From positions 62,001 through 126,000 of the forward strand of contig NIVC01000759.1 in the NCBI GenBank assembly GCA_002269645.1: a stretch of 64,000 nucleotides of DNA, read 5' to 3'. The translations under genes were made by a program, and so were the position numbers. The stretch's first letter is position 1. Every line of letters begins with the position of its first letter. The DNA comes from Macrostomum lignano (taxonomy: Eukaryota). The notes below the pieces were generated by a model. It was given only the letters and a program-made list of their open reading frames with translations, was not told the origin of the DNA and did not search any database. Of this stretch, positions 1-12,066 are shown piece by piece.

Positions 1-900
1 GCCGAAGTGAGACATTCCCGCAAGCTCGCAGAACGCTGTTTCGATGTTGGGTAGCGGATAGGAATCAGCACAGATTTTGGGGTTCACCCCGATCTTGTAG
101 TCGGCACATATCCTGATGTCGCCGTTGGGCTTCCTCACGACCACGATCGGAGACGCCCACTGACTGCCTCCAGGCGCCACTGACTCCAGAACACCGCTGT
201 CGGTGAGCTTCCGGAGCTTTGTGATGACCAGCGGCTTCAGGTGAATGGGCACTGGTCGCGCCTCAAAATAACTCGGCCGGACATTGTCCCTCAGAAGGAT
301 GCGCGCCTTGATTCCATTCAGCTTCCCGAGAGGCGTCTCTGTGAAGCTGCCGAGAGTCTTGACGATCGAGCCATCGAACTTGCGAAGCTGGCGCCTGCAC
401 TGCTGGAGCCGAGGCTCGCCGAGCTGCTTCCAGAAGTTCTGTGGGATGATGCTACTGTCCGATCCCGAGTCCCGAGCATCGTCTGCATGAGCTCGTCCTC
501 GGCAGTCTGGTGCCTGTCTTTTTTCATTCAACTGGTCGAACTCGCAGAAGCGGGCGGCATCCCGGAGTCTCTGTGCGAAGGCCTGCACTGACTCAGTCGG
601 CTCCTGGCGCATCGGCATGAATTTCGATGGTTCAGCGATGACGAGCTTCTTTTTCGGGAGAGTCTTCTCGATGATCAATTTTCTGATATCTGCAAAGTCC
701 ATCTCCTCCAGCTCCTTAGACTTTGCCATGACACTGACGATCCGCACTGCATTCACGCCGGCTTTCGCTAGAAATAGGTCAGTGACCTGCCGATTTTCTG
801 CGGTGTCCGTGAGATTTTTGCTGCGGCTGACAGCAGCGAAACTTCGTAGCCAAGCTTCTGCCATTGTCGTGTCGTAGCAATGAAGTGGACTCTCCTGTTT
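1..900 (-). mobile_element. Ty3/Gypsy gag + start of RT, internally deleted (zinc knuckle/protease missing), runs off window edge
   Basis: Minus-strand translation from ATG at 864 gives MAEAWLRSFAAVSRSK...RQEPTESVQAFAQRLRDAARFCEF (gag). After a frameshift it reads ARPVPIHLKPLV...QWASPIVVVRKPNGDIRICADYKIGVN (Gypsy RT N-terminus). Confidence 0.85.
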
Positions 901-1179
901 ACGAGAGCTCTTAGCTGAGCAAAGAAAACGAGCCTTTCGCCGATAGCCCAAGCAGTCTTTTTATTTACTAGAAAAAATGACCGAGGGCCATATGCCGCCA
1001 ATAATACCAGCGCAGCCGTTTCAAGCTTTAGCACATAGATAGTTAATGAGCACCGCCAACCGGCGCCACACCACAGATTCGCCACTTTCGACATGGTGGC
1101 GACCAACGGCTTGTGCTCGGTGTAGGCCGTAAAAATGCGTTCCTACAGAAATAAGCGAAATGCCGGACCGCCAGCGGCC

Positions 1180-1760
1180 GATTTCATTAAAAATCTACAA
1201 GTGACAAGTCGACAAATATGCTGACATCAGCTCCAGTGTATACCAGGAAACGCAGGCCTGTCAGCAAATCCGCGATGAGGAACAGGCTGCTGCTGCCAGA
1301 CGCCGAGCTGTTCACCGATGGCCGGACTGCCCGTTTCCCCGAAATTTACAAAGCGCTTAAAAAATATGGCCTTTGCGCTGAACTCTTATGAAAGAAGCAC
1401 AGATCGGTGGTTTCCTCGCAGTGACGTGATGGCCGGGCGCAGGCAAACCGGCTTGTTCTGCCCTGGCGGGCGGCCGCGACCACTGGCTCGTCAGGCTGCT
1501 GAATTTCGCTCACAACCGGCTGGGCTAGATTGGATCCAAAGCATGTTGGCAAAGCATGATAGCGGATCCGCAAATTCTGAAGATCGGATACCAGTCGGAT
1601 GTCTGGTGAGAGCTGCTGTCGGAAAAGTTCCTCCAATGATATGCATAGCCGATGGTCGCTTAACAACGCCAACATATCGTTCATGGCGCCGATCTCCGAG
1701 GCCTGTCATACTATGAGCTGCATAAAACTGGGCCGAACTGATCTCGCGGACTGGTATATG
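1180..1760 (-). mobile_element. Degraded gag-protease of a second Gypsy lineage
   Basis: Frameshifted GLGDRR..MNDMLALLSDH..LEELFRQQL (gag), a LCFFHK Cys-His remnant, and LFLIADLLTGLRFLVYTGADVS (protease DTG motif mutated to YTG) at ~1200-1300. Confidence 0.7.
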
Positions 1761-1808
1761 TGGTATATGATCCTACGTGTGTCTCTCTTTTCGGCCATAG
1801 ACTTATTT

Positions 1809-1956
1809 TGTTATGATTCTGCTCTGACACTTTCTTTTAAGTACTAAGCTGCGAGCTGCCTTGAAGAAAAAGGGAAAAAGGAAAAAGGAAGAAATATACT
1901 CTCGCGCAAACTCTAAAGAGCATTCCTAGAATAAATTACTGAAACCGGATGCTACA
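1809..1956 (+). repeat. 5' LTR of element A (148 bp)
   Basis: Starts TGTT, ends TACA, contains AATAAA, and is followed after 1 nt by the PBS. Confidence 0.8.
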
Positions 1957-1957
1957 T

Positions 1958-1970
1958 TGGCGACGAGGAT
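1958..1970 (+). promoter_or_regulatory. Primer-binding site, tRNA-Ser(GCU)-type
   Basis: TGGCGACGAGGAT is complementary to the 3' end (…AUCCUCGUCGCCA) of animal tRNA-Ser(GCU), recalled from known tRNA sequences. Confidence 0.8.
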
Positions 1971-3362
1971 ATGACTGCCGTACCCAACACCGCTTCAAGA
2001 ATCAGTGCATTCGATCCGGCAAGACCAGAGAGATGGTCGGTGTACGAAAAACGGTTGGAGCAATATTTTATCGCCAAAGCCATCACCGATGAGAACATAA
2101 AGAAGGCTGAGCTCATCACAGTGGTGGGTGAAGATTGCTACTGCCTGCTGCGAGATCTGCTGTCTCCAGACCTCCCGAAAAGTAAGTCTTATGACGAGCT
2201 GATAACGGCGCTAAGAAACTATTTCGCACCGACGCCAAAGAAAGTTGTGGAGCGCTACAATTTCTACAATCGAAATCAACAAGAGGGCGAAGTAATCTCA
2301 GAGTATATAGCAAATTTAAGAAAGCTGGCTGCAACCTGTATGTTTGGGGCCTTTCTGAATGAAGCTATCAGAGATAAGTTTGTTTGCGGATTGCGCAGCA
2401 AGCTCATTCAGCAGCGTCTTCTGCAAGAAGATGACATCGCGCTGGACGAGGCCATCAAAATATCAACCGCCATAGAAACTGCAGAAAAATGTGCAACGCT
2501 CATCAACACTAACAGATTCAGTGTAGCTCAAGCCAACTCAGTCAAGGAAGTCAGGCCAAAAAGCTCAAAAGACTCTGCTCATGACAGGTGCTACCGATGC
2601 TTGGCGACGGGTCACTGGGCTAAAAGCTGCCCACATCGATCTTACGTCTGCAAGAAGTGCAGCAAACCGGGACACCTGGAGAAGGCATGCAGAACACAGC
2701 AGTCGACAGAAGCTCACAGAGCCAGACAGAATGGTCAGAGGAGAAAAGACAAAGCAAGATTGGGCCAAGGCACAAGAAGGGTGAAATACGTGAGCGCAAA
2801 GCGAGGCCAAGGCAGCATTGGGGAGTCGCCAGACTTCTCAAACATTAGTAACGTTGCCATCAGCAGGAACTGCCAGCTCAGCGAAAATAGCGCTAAAAAG
2901 AAACGATTCAATCCTTTCTTGGAAACTCTGCAAATCAACAACAAGAAGGTGACGTTTGAGGTAGACACGGGCGCCGAACGTACAATTATTAACAAACAAA
3001 CAGCTGAGCAGCTCGGAGTGAAACCGACCGGCACGACCCTGATTATCACTTCGTACTCCGGCGAAAAGATTCCACTGCTTGGAGAAGCCACCGTGCAAGC
3101 ACTGGACAACGGCACTGCCATTGAGCTTGATGTCGTGATTGTCGAGGGCAGAAGACAGAACTTGTTGGGCCGCGATTGGATCACGCAACTCGGGAATCTC
3201 GCTGGGAAATACGCAGGAAGCGCTGGCTGCAGTACACAGTCGGAAACTCTCCTTGTGGATGTGTCTCAAGACTTGAGTAAAGTTCTGCAAGAGCACAGTG
3301 AATTATTCGCGGATGGCCTAGGCAAAATAAAGCAATTAACGGCCAAGCTTCATCTAAAGTAA
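1971..3362 (+). CDS. Element A gag-protease ORF (463 aa, premature stop at start of RT)
   Basis: FDPARPERWSVYEKRL gag start, two CCHC knuckles (CYRCLATGHWAKSC, CKKCSKPGHLEKAC), protease FEVDTGA and LLGRDW. RT homology continues past the TAA. Confidence 0.9.
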   Translation: MTAVPNTASRISAFDPARPERWSVYEKRLEQYFIAKAITDENIKKAELITVVGEDCYCLLRDLLSPDLPKSKSYDELITALRNYFAPTPKKVVERYNFYNRNQQEGEVISEYIANLRKLAATCMFGAFLNEAIRDKFVCGLRSKLIQQRLLQEDDIALDEAIKISTAIETAEKCATLINTNRFSVAQANSVKEVRPKSSKDSAHDRCYRCLATGHWAKSCPHRSYVCKKCSKPGHLEKACRTQQSTEAHRARQNGQRRKDKARLGQGTRRVKYVSAKRGQGSIGESPDFSNISNVAISRNCQLSENSAKKKRFNPFLETLQINNKKVTFEVDTGAERTIINKQTAEQLGVKPTGTTLIITSYSGEKIPLLGEATVQALDNGTAIELDVVIVEGRRQNLLGRDWITQLGNLAGKYAGSAGCSTQSETLLVDVSQDLSKVLQEHSELFADGLGKIKQLTAKLHLK

Positions 3363-4232
3363 GGTTCACTGCCAAATTTCTGCAAGTCACGACCCGTGCC
3401 CTTCGCTCTGAAGCCTGCAATTGAGCAGGAGCGAAAAAGCTTGGAGAGCCAAGGAATAATTAGACGAGTAAAAGCTTCCGAATATGCGAGTCCAATAGTG
3501 CCATTTCTGAAGAAGGATGGGAAATCGATTCGCATCTGCGCTGATTCAAAAGAACAATCAATCCCGCCTTAAAAGTGGACAATCACCCAGTGAGCAGGCC
3601 TGAGGAGCTGTTTGCAAAACTAAGCGGAGGAAAAGCTATTCAGCAAGCTCGATATATCTCAAGCGTTCCTACAACTCGAACTGCAAGAAGAGTGCCGGAA
3701 ATATACAACTATCAATACACACCTGGGCTTATTCGAGTACAACAGGCTGGTCATGGGACTAGCGAGTTCATCTGCTCAATTTCAAGAGGCAATGGACAAG
3801 ATACTTCAGAGTCTGGACGCCGTTTGCTTTATCGACGACATCGTTTTAAAGGCATCGACAGTCGAAGATCACAATAAGCTGCTCAGGGACGTGCTAAAGA
3901 GACTGCAAGATTATGGCATTCGACTCAATCGGTGGAAGTGCCAGTCTATGATGCCGAGTATCGAATTTCTAGGTCACATCATTGATGCCACAGGAGTTCG
4001 CCAGTCTCTCAAAATAACTAAAGCCATCATTGATGCTCCTGTACCAAGCAACACTGCCGAAGTGCGTTCGCTGGTCGGTCTAATAAACTACTATCGGAAA
4101 TTAATTCGAAATCTATCAGATCTACTGGAACCGTTAAATAGGCTGCTTCAGAAAGGCGTCGACTTTCTATGGACTGATGAATGCCAAGAGGCGTTCCAAG
4201 CATGCAAAGCTATGCTGAGCTCTGATGAGGTC
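3363..4232 (+). pseudogene. Element A reverse transcriptase (frameshifted)
   Basis: ASPIVP..KKDGKSIRICAD, KLDISQAFLQ, FIDD catalytic motif, EFLGHII. Confidence 0.9.
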
Positions 4233-4596
4233 TGTTATATGCTTTGGTATAATGTAACTTGGGCTGCTCTAGTGGCGAGCCAAGGAGCTTAAACCAATAT
4301 ATTTAATCGCCCTGCCTCTTAGCACGTAGGCGGTGGAGGTCAGGGCCATAGACATGGATATACTGATAAGAGTCCATCCACATCATCTCCCCTTTCAAGT
4401 CAGTGTCCTTATTACTCGACAAAATTAACTTTTGGATGTCCTAGCCTACTGTACTGGAGTCGGGCGGGCGGGATGCCCTTCTTAGCTCTCGAGCTACTTC
4501 GAGGTTTCTCCTTGCTTGGTTGATTGGCCGTCGTAGTACGAGTCGTCTCCGTACGTCTTGTACTTTCGCCGTTTGTCGTCTTTGTCATTTGCCAGT

Positions 4597-5750
4597 TGTT
4601 ACGGTTGAAGAACACGAAGGCACTAGGTTTTATGAATTGAAGGAGGGCGTTATTTGAGCAGCTCCAAATTGGCATGAGCACGAAGCTCGCTCTTATACAC
4701 TCAGCAACATTTAAAACGCAACACTCTAACTAGAAGAAAAATCAACTCACTCAGAAGAGTCAAAGCGCATAGTCTATGGTTCAAATCGAGCTTCAATCGA
4801 CTTGATTCCGCAAGCCAAATATGTACTGCGACAGAATTAGTTCGTCTCGGAGATCACCGAATCTGCATTTGTTGGCTTGGCGCTTTAGACATTCGATGTA
4901 AGTAGCAATCGATTCACCCTCCTTTTGCACCATGGAGTGAAGCACGTGTCTCTCATAGTGAAGCAATGTTATGGGCTTAGAATGTGCGGTTAGCGAACTC
5001 TGGATATCATCGAACGTTACTTCGTCCTTCGTGATGTCTTTTGGCTTTGCAAGCTCTTCTATCAGCGTGAAGGCTGCGTCTCCGCATGTCGCTAGAAGTA
5101 CTGCTTTGGAGTGAGCTTGCTTCCCTGAAGCCACCAAGTAAAACTGCAGTCTTTCGAAATACTTCTCAATCTCAGGATAAGAAAGAGGCAATCTCTCCAA
5201 GTCGAAAATCCAGCGGCTGAGTCATCAGTCCTGCGAACGTAAGGTAGTCAGTACACAGCTTCTTCAGTGAATCCAGTGACTTTTTCTCATCGCCATGTTA
5301 CGGTTGAAGAACACGAAGGCTTTTGGGTTTATGAATTGAAGGAGGGCGTTATTTGAGCAGCTCCAAATTGGCATGAGCACGAAGCTCGCTCTTATATTTC
5401 TTTACCCTTAAGGGCATTGAAGTTTCTAGCAAACAAGGTGTACGGTAACATTTTGCCCCGATGGCACATAGACTACTTTTACAAGAAAATAATGTTACAT
5501 CCGACTTCCGTTACCAACTCGAAGTCCAGGTGAATTATGGTTAGTAATCTCAAGCTTGGTAGCGGGCTCTTGCCATGCCGATGTTAACATTCATTTCCTT
5601 TATATTTGCTCTCCTTATATTAGCTTTAGAACGCAGGGTTAACAGGGGCAGTGTCTATGGCCAATGTGTGTGAAATGAAATATACTTAAATGCGCATATA
5701 CCACAAATAAATCTATGAATAATGCAGCATAGCATGCAGAATATGCAACA
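4597..5750 (-). mobile_element. Short gag-only LTR element C nested in the integrase tail of B
   Basis: TSD CCAGT at 4592-4596 and 5751-5755, TGT...ACA ends, LTR 4597-4709 and partial copy 5296-5396, PBS TGGCGATGAG, gag fragment 4793-5200. B integrase reads ...TAD|NWQMTK... when C is removed. Confidence 0.88.
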
Positions 5751-5755
5751 CCAGT

Positions 5756-7179
5756 TGTCGGCGGTCAGTGGCAATGTTGGCCGTACGTAAATGCGGTTTC
5801 TCCGTAGTATTCTGCCGCTCGCCAACTTTACCAGGTAGTCGCGGTCTTTTCCGACCTCTTACCACTACTCCTCTCCGTTGCCACAGTTTCGTTGTTGGCT
5901 ATTGAAGAACTAAAGTCGACCCTATTCGGATTCCATCGAGGCTTCTCTTGGACTTGTTGTACTGTTGCTCCACAGCCTCGTGAACTTCTGATGCTGTGTC
6001 CTCCGTTTGTTTAATCGTGTTGTACCATTCGGGATTAAAGCTTCTTCGATGAGCAGGAAGTGAATCTCTTGCTGGCTGTCCATACAGCATAATAGAAGGA
6101 ATGCGTCCATCATACATAGGTGTGTTTCTATAGATAAGTATTTCTTCCGCCATTTTGTCCTTGTTTATGTCATCGTTGCGATAATCCCACGATCCTCTGA
6201 TGATCTTTTTGGCTGACTTGACTGCCGCTTCGGCTCTCCCGTTGCTTTGGTGGTGGTATGGGGATGAGAATCTGGACTCGACTTCCCATCTCTTCAAAAA
6301 GTTACCAAATGCGCTGGCCTTGAACTGAGGACCTGAGTCTGACCAGAACAATTCCGGTACAGCTGTCTGACAAAATAGCTCACGGCACGCGTTAATCAGC
6401 TTGTAAACCGGAGCATTTTGTCCGAAGTTCCATACGTTGATCCATCCAGAGTATCCGTCCACTACCACTACCAGCCTGCCGCGGTGTTCACAAAAGTCGG
6501 CATGAACTTCCTGGAAGCACCTTGCTGGTGAATTTCTCGGCAACATCAGTTCTCTAACCTGATTTGGACGGGTTTCTTGGCATGCTTTGCATTGCTTTAT
6601 TGTGTCATCGATCTGACGTTCCATGCTGGGCCAATAGACGACCATTCTTGCTCTTGCTTTGGTCTTAGTAGCACCTTGGTGACTTAAATGTAGTGTTCTC
6701 AAAACTTCTTTTCGCATTTCTTTAGGGATGATACACCGGCATCCATTGAGAACGACTCCGTTTTCGACGACAAGCTTATGTCGAATGTGCCAGTACGGTC
6801 TTAGATTAACTGGAAGATTAGCTTTATCGTTCGGGAATCCATTCTCTATTACTTGGATGAGCTCTTGCATTTCTGTGTCTTTCTTTACGTGTTCTTGTAT
6901 TCTCTTCATGTTAAAGTCCATTTCCGTATCTTCCATTACCATGGTCAACAAATTCACACTACTTAGAGCTTGATTCTCATCAATCTGATCTTCTTCAGTT
7001 GCATTTGCAATCGGAGCTCTTGATAGTGCATCGGCATCTACATTGTCTTTACCTCGTACCCATTTTGCTTCATAGTTGTAGCGATTAAGCTTGGCACGAA
7101 GGCGCTGCAACCTCGGGTTTTCGATTTGGTCTAGTTGGTAGCCGTTTAATATCGGAATAAGTGGCTTATGGTCAGTCAC
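5756..7179 (-). pseudogene. Element B RNase H end + integrase
   Basis: TDHKPL, NVDADALSR, HHCC (LHLSH...CKAC), DSGPQF, SNGRAEAAVK. The tail continues at 4412-4591 beyond element C. Confidence 0.9.
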
Positions 7180-7182
7180 GAT

Positions 7183-8716
7183 TTAAAATGAATCGAGTTC
7201 TTCTAAAAACGAGCGACATTTTTGCGAAGCCCACACAATTGCTAGCAACTCGAGCTCGATCGTAGCATTTCGCGTCTCCGCGTCAGCCAGAAACCGTGAG
7301 CCCGCCTGAATCATTCGCCAGGCGCCGTCAGGTTGTTGCTGCTTGAGAACAAATCCGAGTCCCTTCAACCTTGATGCGTCGGTGTGCAGTGCGATTGGCT
7401 TCGTGTGATCGTAGTATGCCAATGATGGGACTTTAGACAGATGGATTCGTGCCTTATCGAAGGCTTTTTGGTGCTCCTCGTTCCAGATGAATGAATTCTT
7501 CGCGCTCAGTAGAGGTCTTAATATCGAGGTACATTCTGCGATCGAATCTGTGAATGGTCCTATTTGATTCACTTGGCCCATAAATGCGCGTAATTCTGTA
7601 ATATTTGATGGCTCAGGGAATTGAGCAATGGCTGCTGTCATGTCAGGGTCTACCTGATAGCACTTTAGTGTAAGGATAAATCCAGCAAACTTTACATTTT
7701 TCTTGGCGAAGACAATTTTTTTTATTCAATGATATTCCACTCTCGTCACACCGATAAAGAAATTCGCGAACAGCTTGGATGTGGCTTTCGTAGTCGGCGC
7801 TTGCGATTACGCAGTCATCCACAATGTGGCGAGTATCTTTCAAGCCCTGTAGAACACTATCCAGTCTCTTTTTGTAATATTCTGAGATAGAGCTGATCCC
7901 GAAAGGTGCCATTCTGAACATGTATCTTCCATAAGGAGTAATAAATGTTGTCAGTGGCATACTGTCCTCGTGGAGTGATACTTGATGGTATCCTTTCAAT
8001 GCATCAACAACTGTAAACCATTCTGCGTTGGATACATTGGTGCTGGCCACAACTTCCAGTGGTGTTGGTGATTGGTATCGAGGTCTCAGAACGTATTTGT
8101 TTATCTCTCTAAAATCCACGCAAAGACGAATTAGGTCAGTGCCCTTCTTCGGGGCTACGACTATTGGAGCGCACCAGGGTGTCGGCTCTGTTATTTTGCA
8201 GATAATTTGCTGTCTTTCCAAGGCATCGAGTTCGTTTTTAAGTTTTTCATGCAGTGGCAGTGGTAGCCGGCGTGGCGTCTCCATGGAAAATGGGATCGCG
8301 TCCTCTTTGAGCACAATTGAAAATTTTTGGCCCTTCATCGGCCGAATTACTCCGTCGAAGACCCTCGGGAATTCTTGGATCAAATCCAGTTCTGTATGCT
8401 TTCTTCCGTCATTCGTCAGAACCTGAGTTATCTGGTTTATCTGACTTGGAAACTCTTCAGGGATGATTCCCAGTTTTCTACAGCTCTGCCAGGACAGCAC
8501 TGGCGCGACCAAGTTCTTCAGCACATGAATCCTTGTCGCTGCGTGCTTCCCGTTCAGCATTATTGTGGCGGAGAAATTGCCGTTACTCTTAATGAACTGT
8601 CCACTGGCTGATTTAGGAAATATGGCGTCATGCCTTAGTTGTGCAATACGGATGCGGAGCTTTTTGAAATCGCATTCTCGGATTGCATCGATATTGGATC
8701 CCGTATCGGGCATCAT
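7183..8716 (-). pseudogene. Element B protease-RT-RNase H (frameshift near 7642, stop at 7180)
   Basis: PDTGSN protease, WCAPIVV, VDALKGYHQ, HIVDDC catalytic motif, TDASRLKGLGF RNase H. Confidence 0.9.
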
Positions 8717-8745
8717 TTCCAGCTGCTCCCCATTTATCGAGACTA

Positions 8746-9425
8746 CTACTGTTGGGGTTGCGGGTTCAAAGTTGACATTCTCGGTGGTTGCCTTTTATCC
8801 GGATGACCAGTGCTGCGACTGGACCGGCACATGGAACCAAAATGTCCAATGCGACCGCAGTTAAAGCACTTCTTGTCCTTGGCGAGACATTCTGAGCGCT
8901 GATATCGCCCTTTACCACAGGCAGTGCATTTCTTTGCTTCTGGAGTCTTTGATCGAGCCCCACCTGGAGTTTTTCCTCGATGTTTGCGCACTATGGACAC
9001 CTGTGAAGCTGTGCAGATTTCATTTTTTGGATCTCTCAGGCTTCCTCTGATCTGCATATTGTCAGCGCGTCAGCGAGAGAGAGATCTGGCTGTGCTAATA
9101 GACGCTTGATTGTCTCCGGATTTCGTACTCCTAGCACAAGTTTATCCCTCAGTAGGTCGTCGGAATGCTTACAGAACTTACATGTTCGCATCAGGTCCCT
9201 CAATTGCATGACATAGTCATTAAAATTTTCTCCGTCATTTTGTTGCCGTTTCCAGAACCTGTTCCTCTCTACGATGATATTAACCTGTCGGAGTACGTGA
9301 TCTCTGATGGAATTCATGACGATCTCAGGGTCCTTGAATTGTTGATCCGTCAGAGGTAGATTCTTATCCTTCGAGAAGGTAGCAGATGTAAATGCGTTCA
9401 ACATGCAAGCTCGTCGAGCTGCCAT
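8746..9425 (-). pseudogene. Element B gag with zinc knuckles (frameshifted)
   Basis: RQQNDGENFNDY..LRDKLVLG, CTACGKGRYQRSEC and CFNCGRIGHFGSMC. Confidence 0.88.
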
Positions 9426-9714
9426 TTTCTTCTTAGTTACGTGGATGCTGTCTGATTCCTCGATGCCGACGTAGAGCGCTGCTGCTTTGGGTGCATTTTG
9501 TGGTTTTTTTTGCCAGAAGCTTTAGCACACGGTTTCAGTGCCTGCTTGCGATGCCATGTTATATGCTTTGGTATAATGTAACTTGGGCTGCTCTGGTGGC
9601 GAGCCAAGGAGCTTAAAACAATATATTTAATCGCCCTGCCTCTTAGCACGTAGGCGGTGGAGGTCAGGGCCATAGACATGGATGTACTAATAAGAGTCCA
9701 TCCACATCAAGGTC

Positions 9715-11513
9715 CTAACGCATTATGACCCCAGCAAGCCACTCGTAGTACAGACCGACGCATCATGCTATGGAGTAGGTGCTGTTCTGTCACACACGCT
9801 TAAAGACTCGGAAGAGAAGCCTATATGCTATGCATCTCGAAGTTTGTCCAAAGCGGACCGGAACTACTCTCAGATTGAAAAGGAAGGTTTAGCCATCGTT
9901 TTCGCGGTAAAGAAATTTCATCAATATCTCTATGGGCGCCAGTTTATCCTGGTAACTGATCATGAGCCTCTGGTCACGATTTTTGGGCCTAAGAACAACA
10001 TACCCAGCATTGCCGCCAGCCGTTTACAAAGATGGGCAGTAATTCTTTCAGCCTACAGCTTTGAAATTCGGTACCGACGAACGGAAGACCACGGGAATGC
10101 GGATGCCTTATCCAGACTGCCCACTTCCGAATTTCAAGGAGCAGATGATTCCGTGTTCCAGAATAGGATAGACGCGCAACCGATCGACTCCAATGACTCG
10201 AAAAGAGCCACTTTGAATGACCCCTTGCTGTCGCGAGTTCTTCGCTACTGCAGAGCTGGTTGGCCAGAATCAGTGGAGGCAGAGTTAAAGCCATTTCATA
10301 GCCGGCGGTATGAGCTGAGCGTGGAAGATGGAGTTCTATTCTGGGGAATTCGGATAATAATTCCATCAGTATTAAGAAGTCAGCTTCTGCAGCTGCTGCA
10401 TGAAGAACACCCCGGAATTGTGGGCACGAAAAGTCGCTGGCAAGAATGCACATATGGTACCCAGGCATTGATAATGATATAGAAAATTGCTTGGCTAGAT
10501 GCACAGGATGTCAATCGCAACGAAACCTGCCTGCACAAGCACCGCTACAGCCTCTCAATTGGCCACAGAAGCAATGGACTTGACTGCACTTGGAATTTTT
10601 CGGCCCATGCTACGGATATACTTGGCTGTTGCTCGTGGACGCCACAACAAAATGGGTGGAAATCTTCCCAATGAGATCGGCGACCACTCATAACACCATC
10701 AACAGACTCCAAGAGACGTTCGCTCGCTACGGATATCCGAAGCAGATCCTTACAGACAACGGATCCCAATTTCCTGCAAAGGAGTTCAAGGACTACTTAA
10801 GGAGTCGCGGAATTGTACAAGTTCTAACATCAATTGGGCATCCACGCTCAAATGGGCAAGCCGAACGGATGATGCAAACAGCAAAGCGAGCCTTGAGGGC
10901 TGAGATGAAGAGCAGCCATGATGCTATAGAAAGCATTAATGCCTTCTTGGCACGATACCGCATGACGCCCCATTCTACTACCGGGAAGTCAACTGCTGAA
11001 ATGATGCTCAAATACTCAATACGAACCAAACTCAGCATACTTAATCCAGACGCGGATCAGCGAGTCGCCGAGAAGCAGCATCAACAGAAAATGCAGCATG
11101 ACGCAAGAGCCAGTCCGAAGATCAGAGAGTTCAAGCAAGGCGACAACGTGCTAACGTTGGACTTTAGAAGACAAGCGGAGGACAAATGGGCTGTGGGAAC
11201 AATCCTTCGACGCCGAGCCCCGCTATCATATCTAGTGAAGGTGGGCCCCATGGTCTGGAAGCGACATGTGGACCACATACTGCCTGCTAGTGCTGCAGAG
11301 CAACCCCAGATGATTACGGACGAGGTACTGGAACATTTAATCGGCCAGCCTCAACCCGGAGAAAAGGCAACACAGTTGGAAAAATGTCAACCTGTTCCAC
11401 AACCGGATCAAGCTACCAAGATCGTCAAGCCGTTAGTGCGTCGACGTCGCTATCAGCATGAGGACGTGCCACTAACTGAAACGCGATTGAGGCCTCGAGG
11501 AACCGTGATCTGA
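9715..11513 (+). pseudogene. Element A RNase H + integrase (frameshifts near 10430-10590)
   Basis: TDASCYGVGAVL, YSQIEKEGLA, TDHEPL, NADALSR, LHEEH, TDNGSQF, SNGQAER, KRHVDH. Confidence 0.92.
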
Positions 11514-11642
11514 GTACTATTTTATTAAGATGCGATCTTGAAAGAAAAAACGTACAGGGATTTAACAATTTTTTTCACGAACTTCAGAAGAGGTACAATT
11601 GAACAAGAGATGCTCGTACAGGTGCGTTTAGCACTGGTTAAA

Positions 11643-12023
11643 CCGGAAGGAGCCAAACGAGACAAATCAGTTGCGAAAAGCTGGCAGCGGCCGAGAAAGC
11701 GGATCCCAGCGGATCAAGCGAAGCGTTTGTTTATTAGTTTAAACGAGTTAATATTTATTGGTTCGTAAAAAGCAGAATAAAAAAATTGAGAAATTGCGGC
11801 GGAGCCAAGCCCGGCCGGGTGTAGAGGCTTTAAGCTGGCCGGCGCGGCCAACACCCCCACACCTCGACCCCCCGCCAAAGTACAGCGATATGTACAGCGG
11901 CACCCTCCGGCGCGTTTAACACACCTTACGCAGAGAGTAACGATTGCATTAAACACGCCGGAAGGAGCCAAACGAGACAAATCAGTTGCGAAAAGCAGGC
12001 AGCGGCCGAGAAAGCGGATCCCA
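11643..12023 (-). repeat. Split direct repeats (B1-A2-B2-like) at the 3' end of the YR element
   Basis: 66-bp copies at 11643-11708 and 11958-12023 (1 mismatch) flank a ~250-bp spacer with two AATAAA on the minus strand. Confidence 0.75.
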
Positions 12024-12066
12024 ACCCCAATGATGGGAAAGGGAAGGAGTAAAAGCGGGAAGGCAG

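Larger units (their letters stand above)
4233..9709 (-). mobile_element. Gypsy LTR retrotransposon B, both LTRs present (5477 bp including nested C), inserted in the RT/RH junction of A
   Basis: 153-bp LTRs at 4233-4385 and 9557-9709 (4 mismatches), TSD AGGTC at 4228-4232 and 9710-9714, PPT (TCTCCCCTTTC on +) after 4385, and a TGGCATCG PBS-like site next to 9556. Confidence 0.96.
1809..11513 (+). mobile_element. Gypsy LTR retrotransposon A (5' LTR, PBS, gag-PR-RT-RH-INT), interrupted by element B; 3' LTR absent
   Basis: LTR and PBS precede the ORF at 1971. Removing 4233-9709 plus one TSD restores the frame ...SDEV|LTHYDPSKPLVVQTDAS.... Integrase ends at 11513 with no second LTR copy. Confidence 0.93.
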
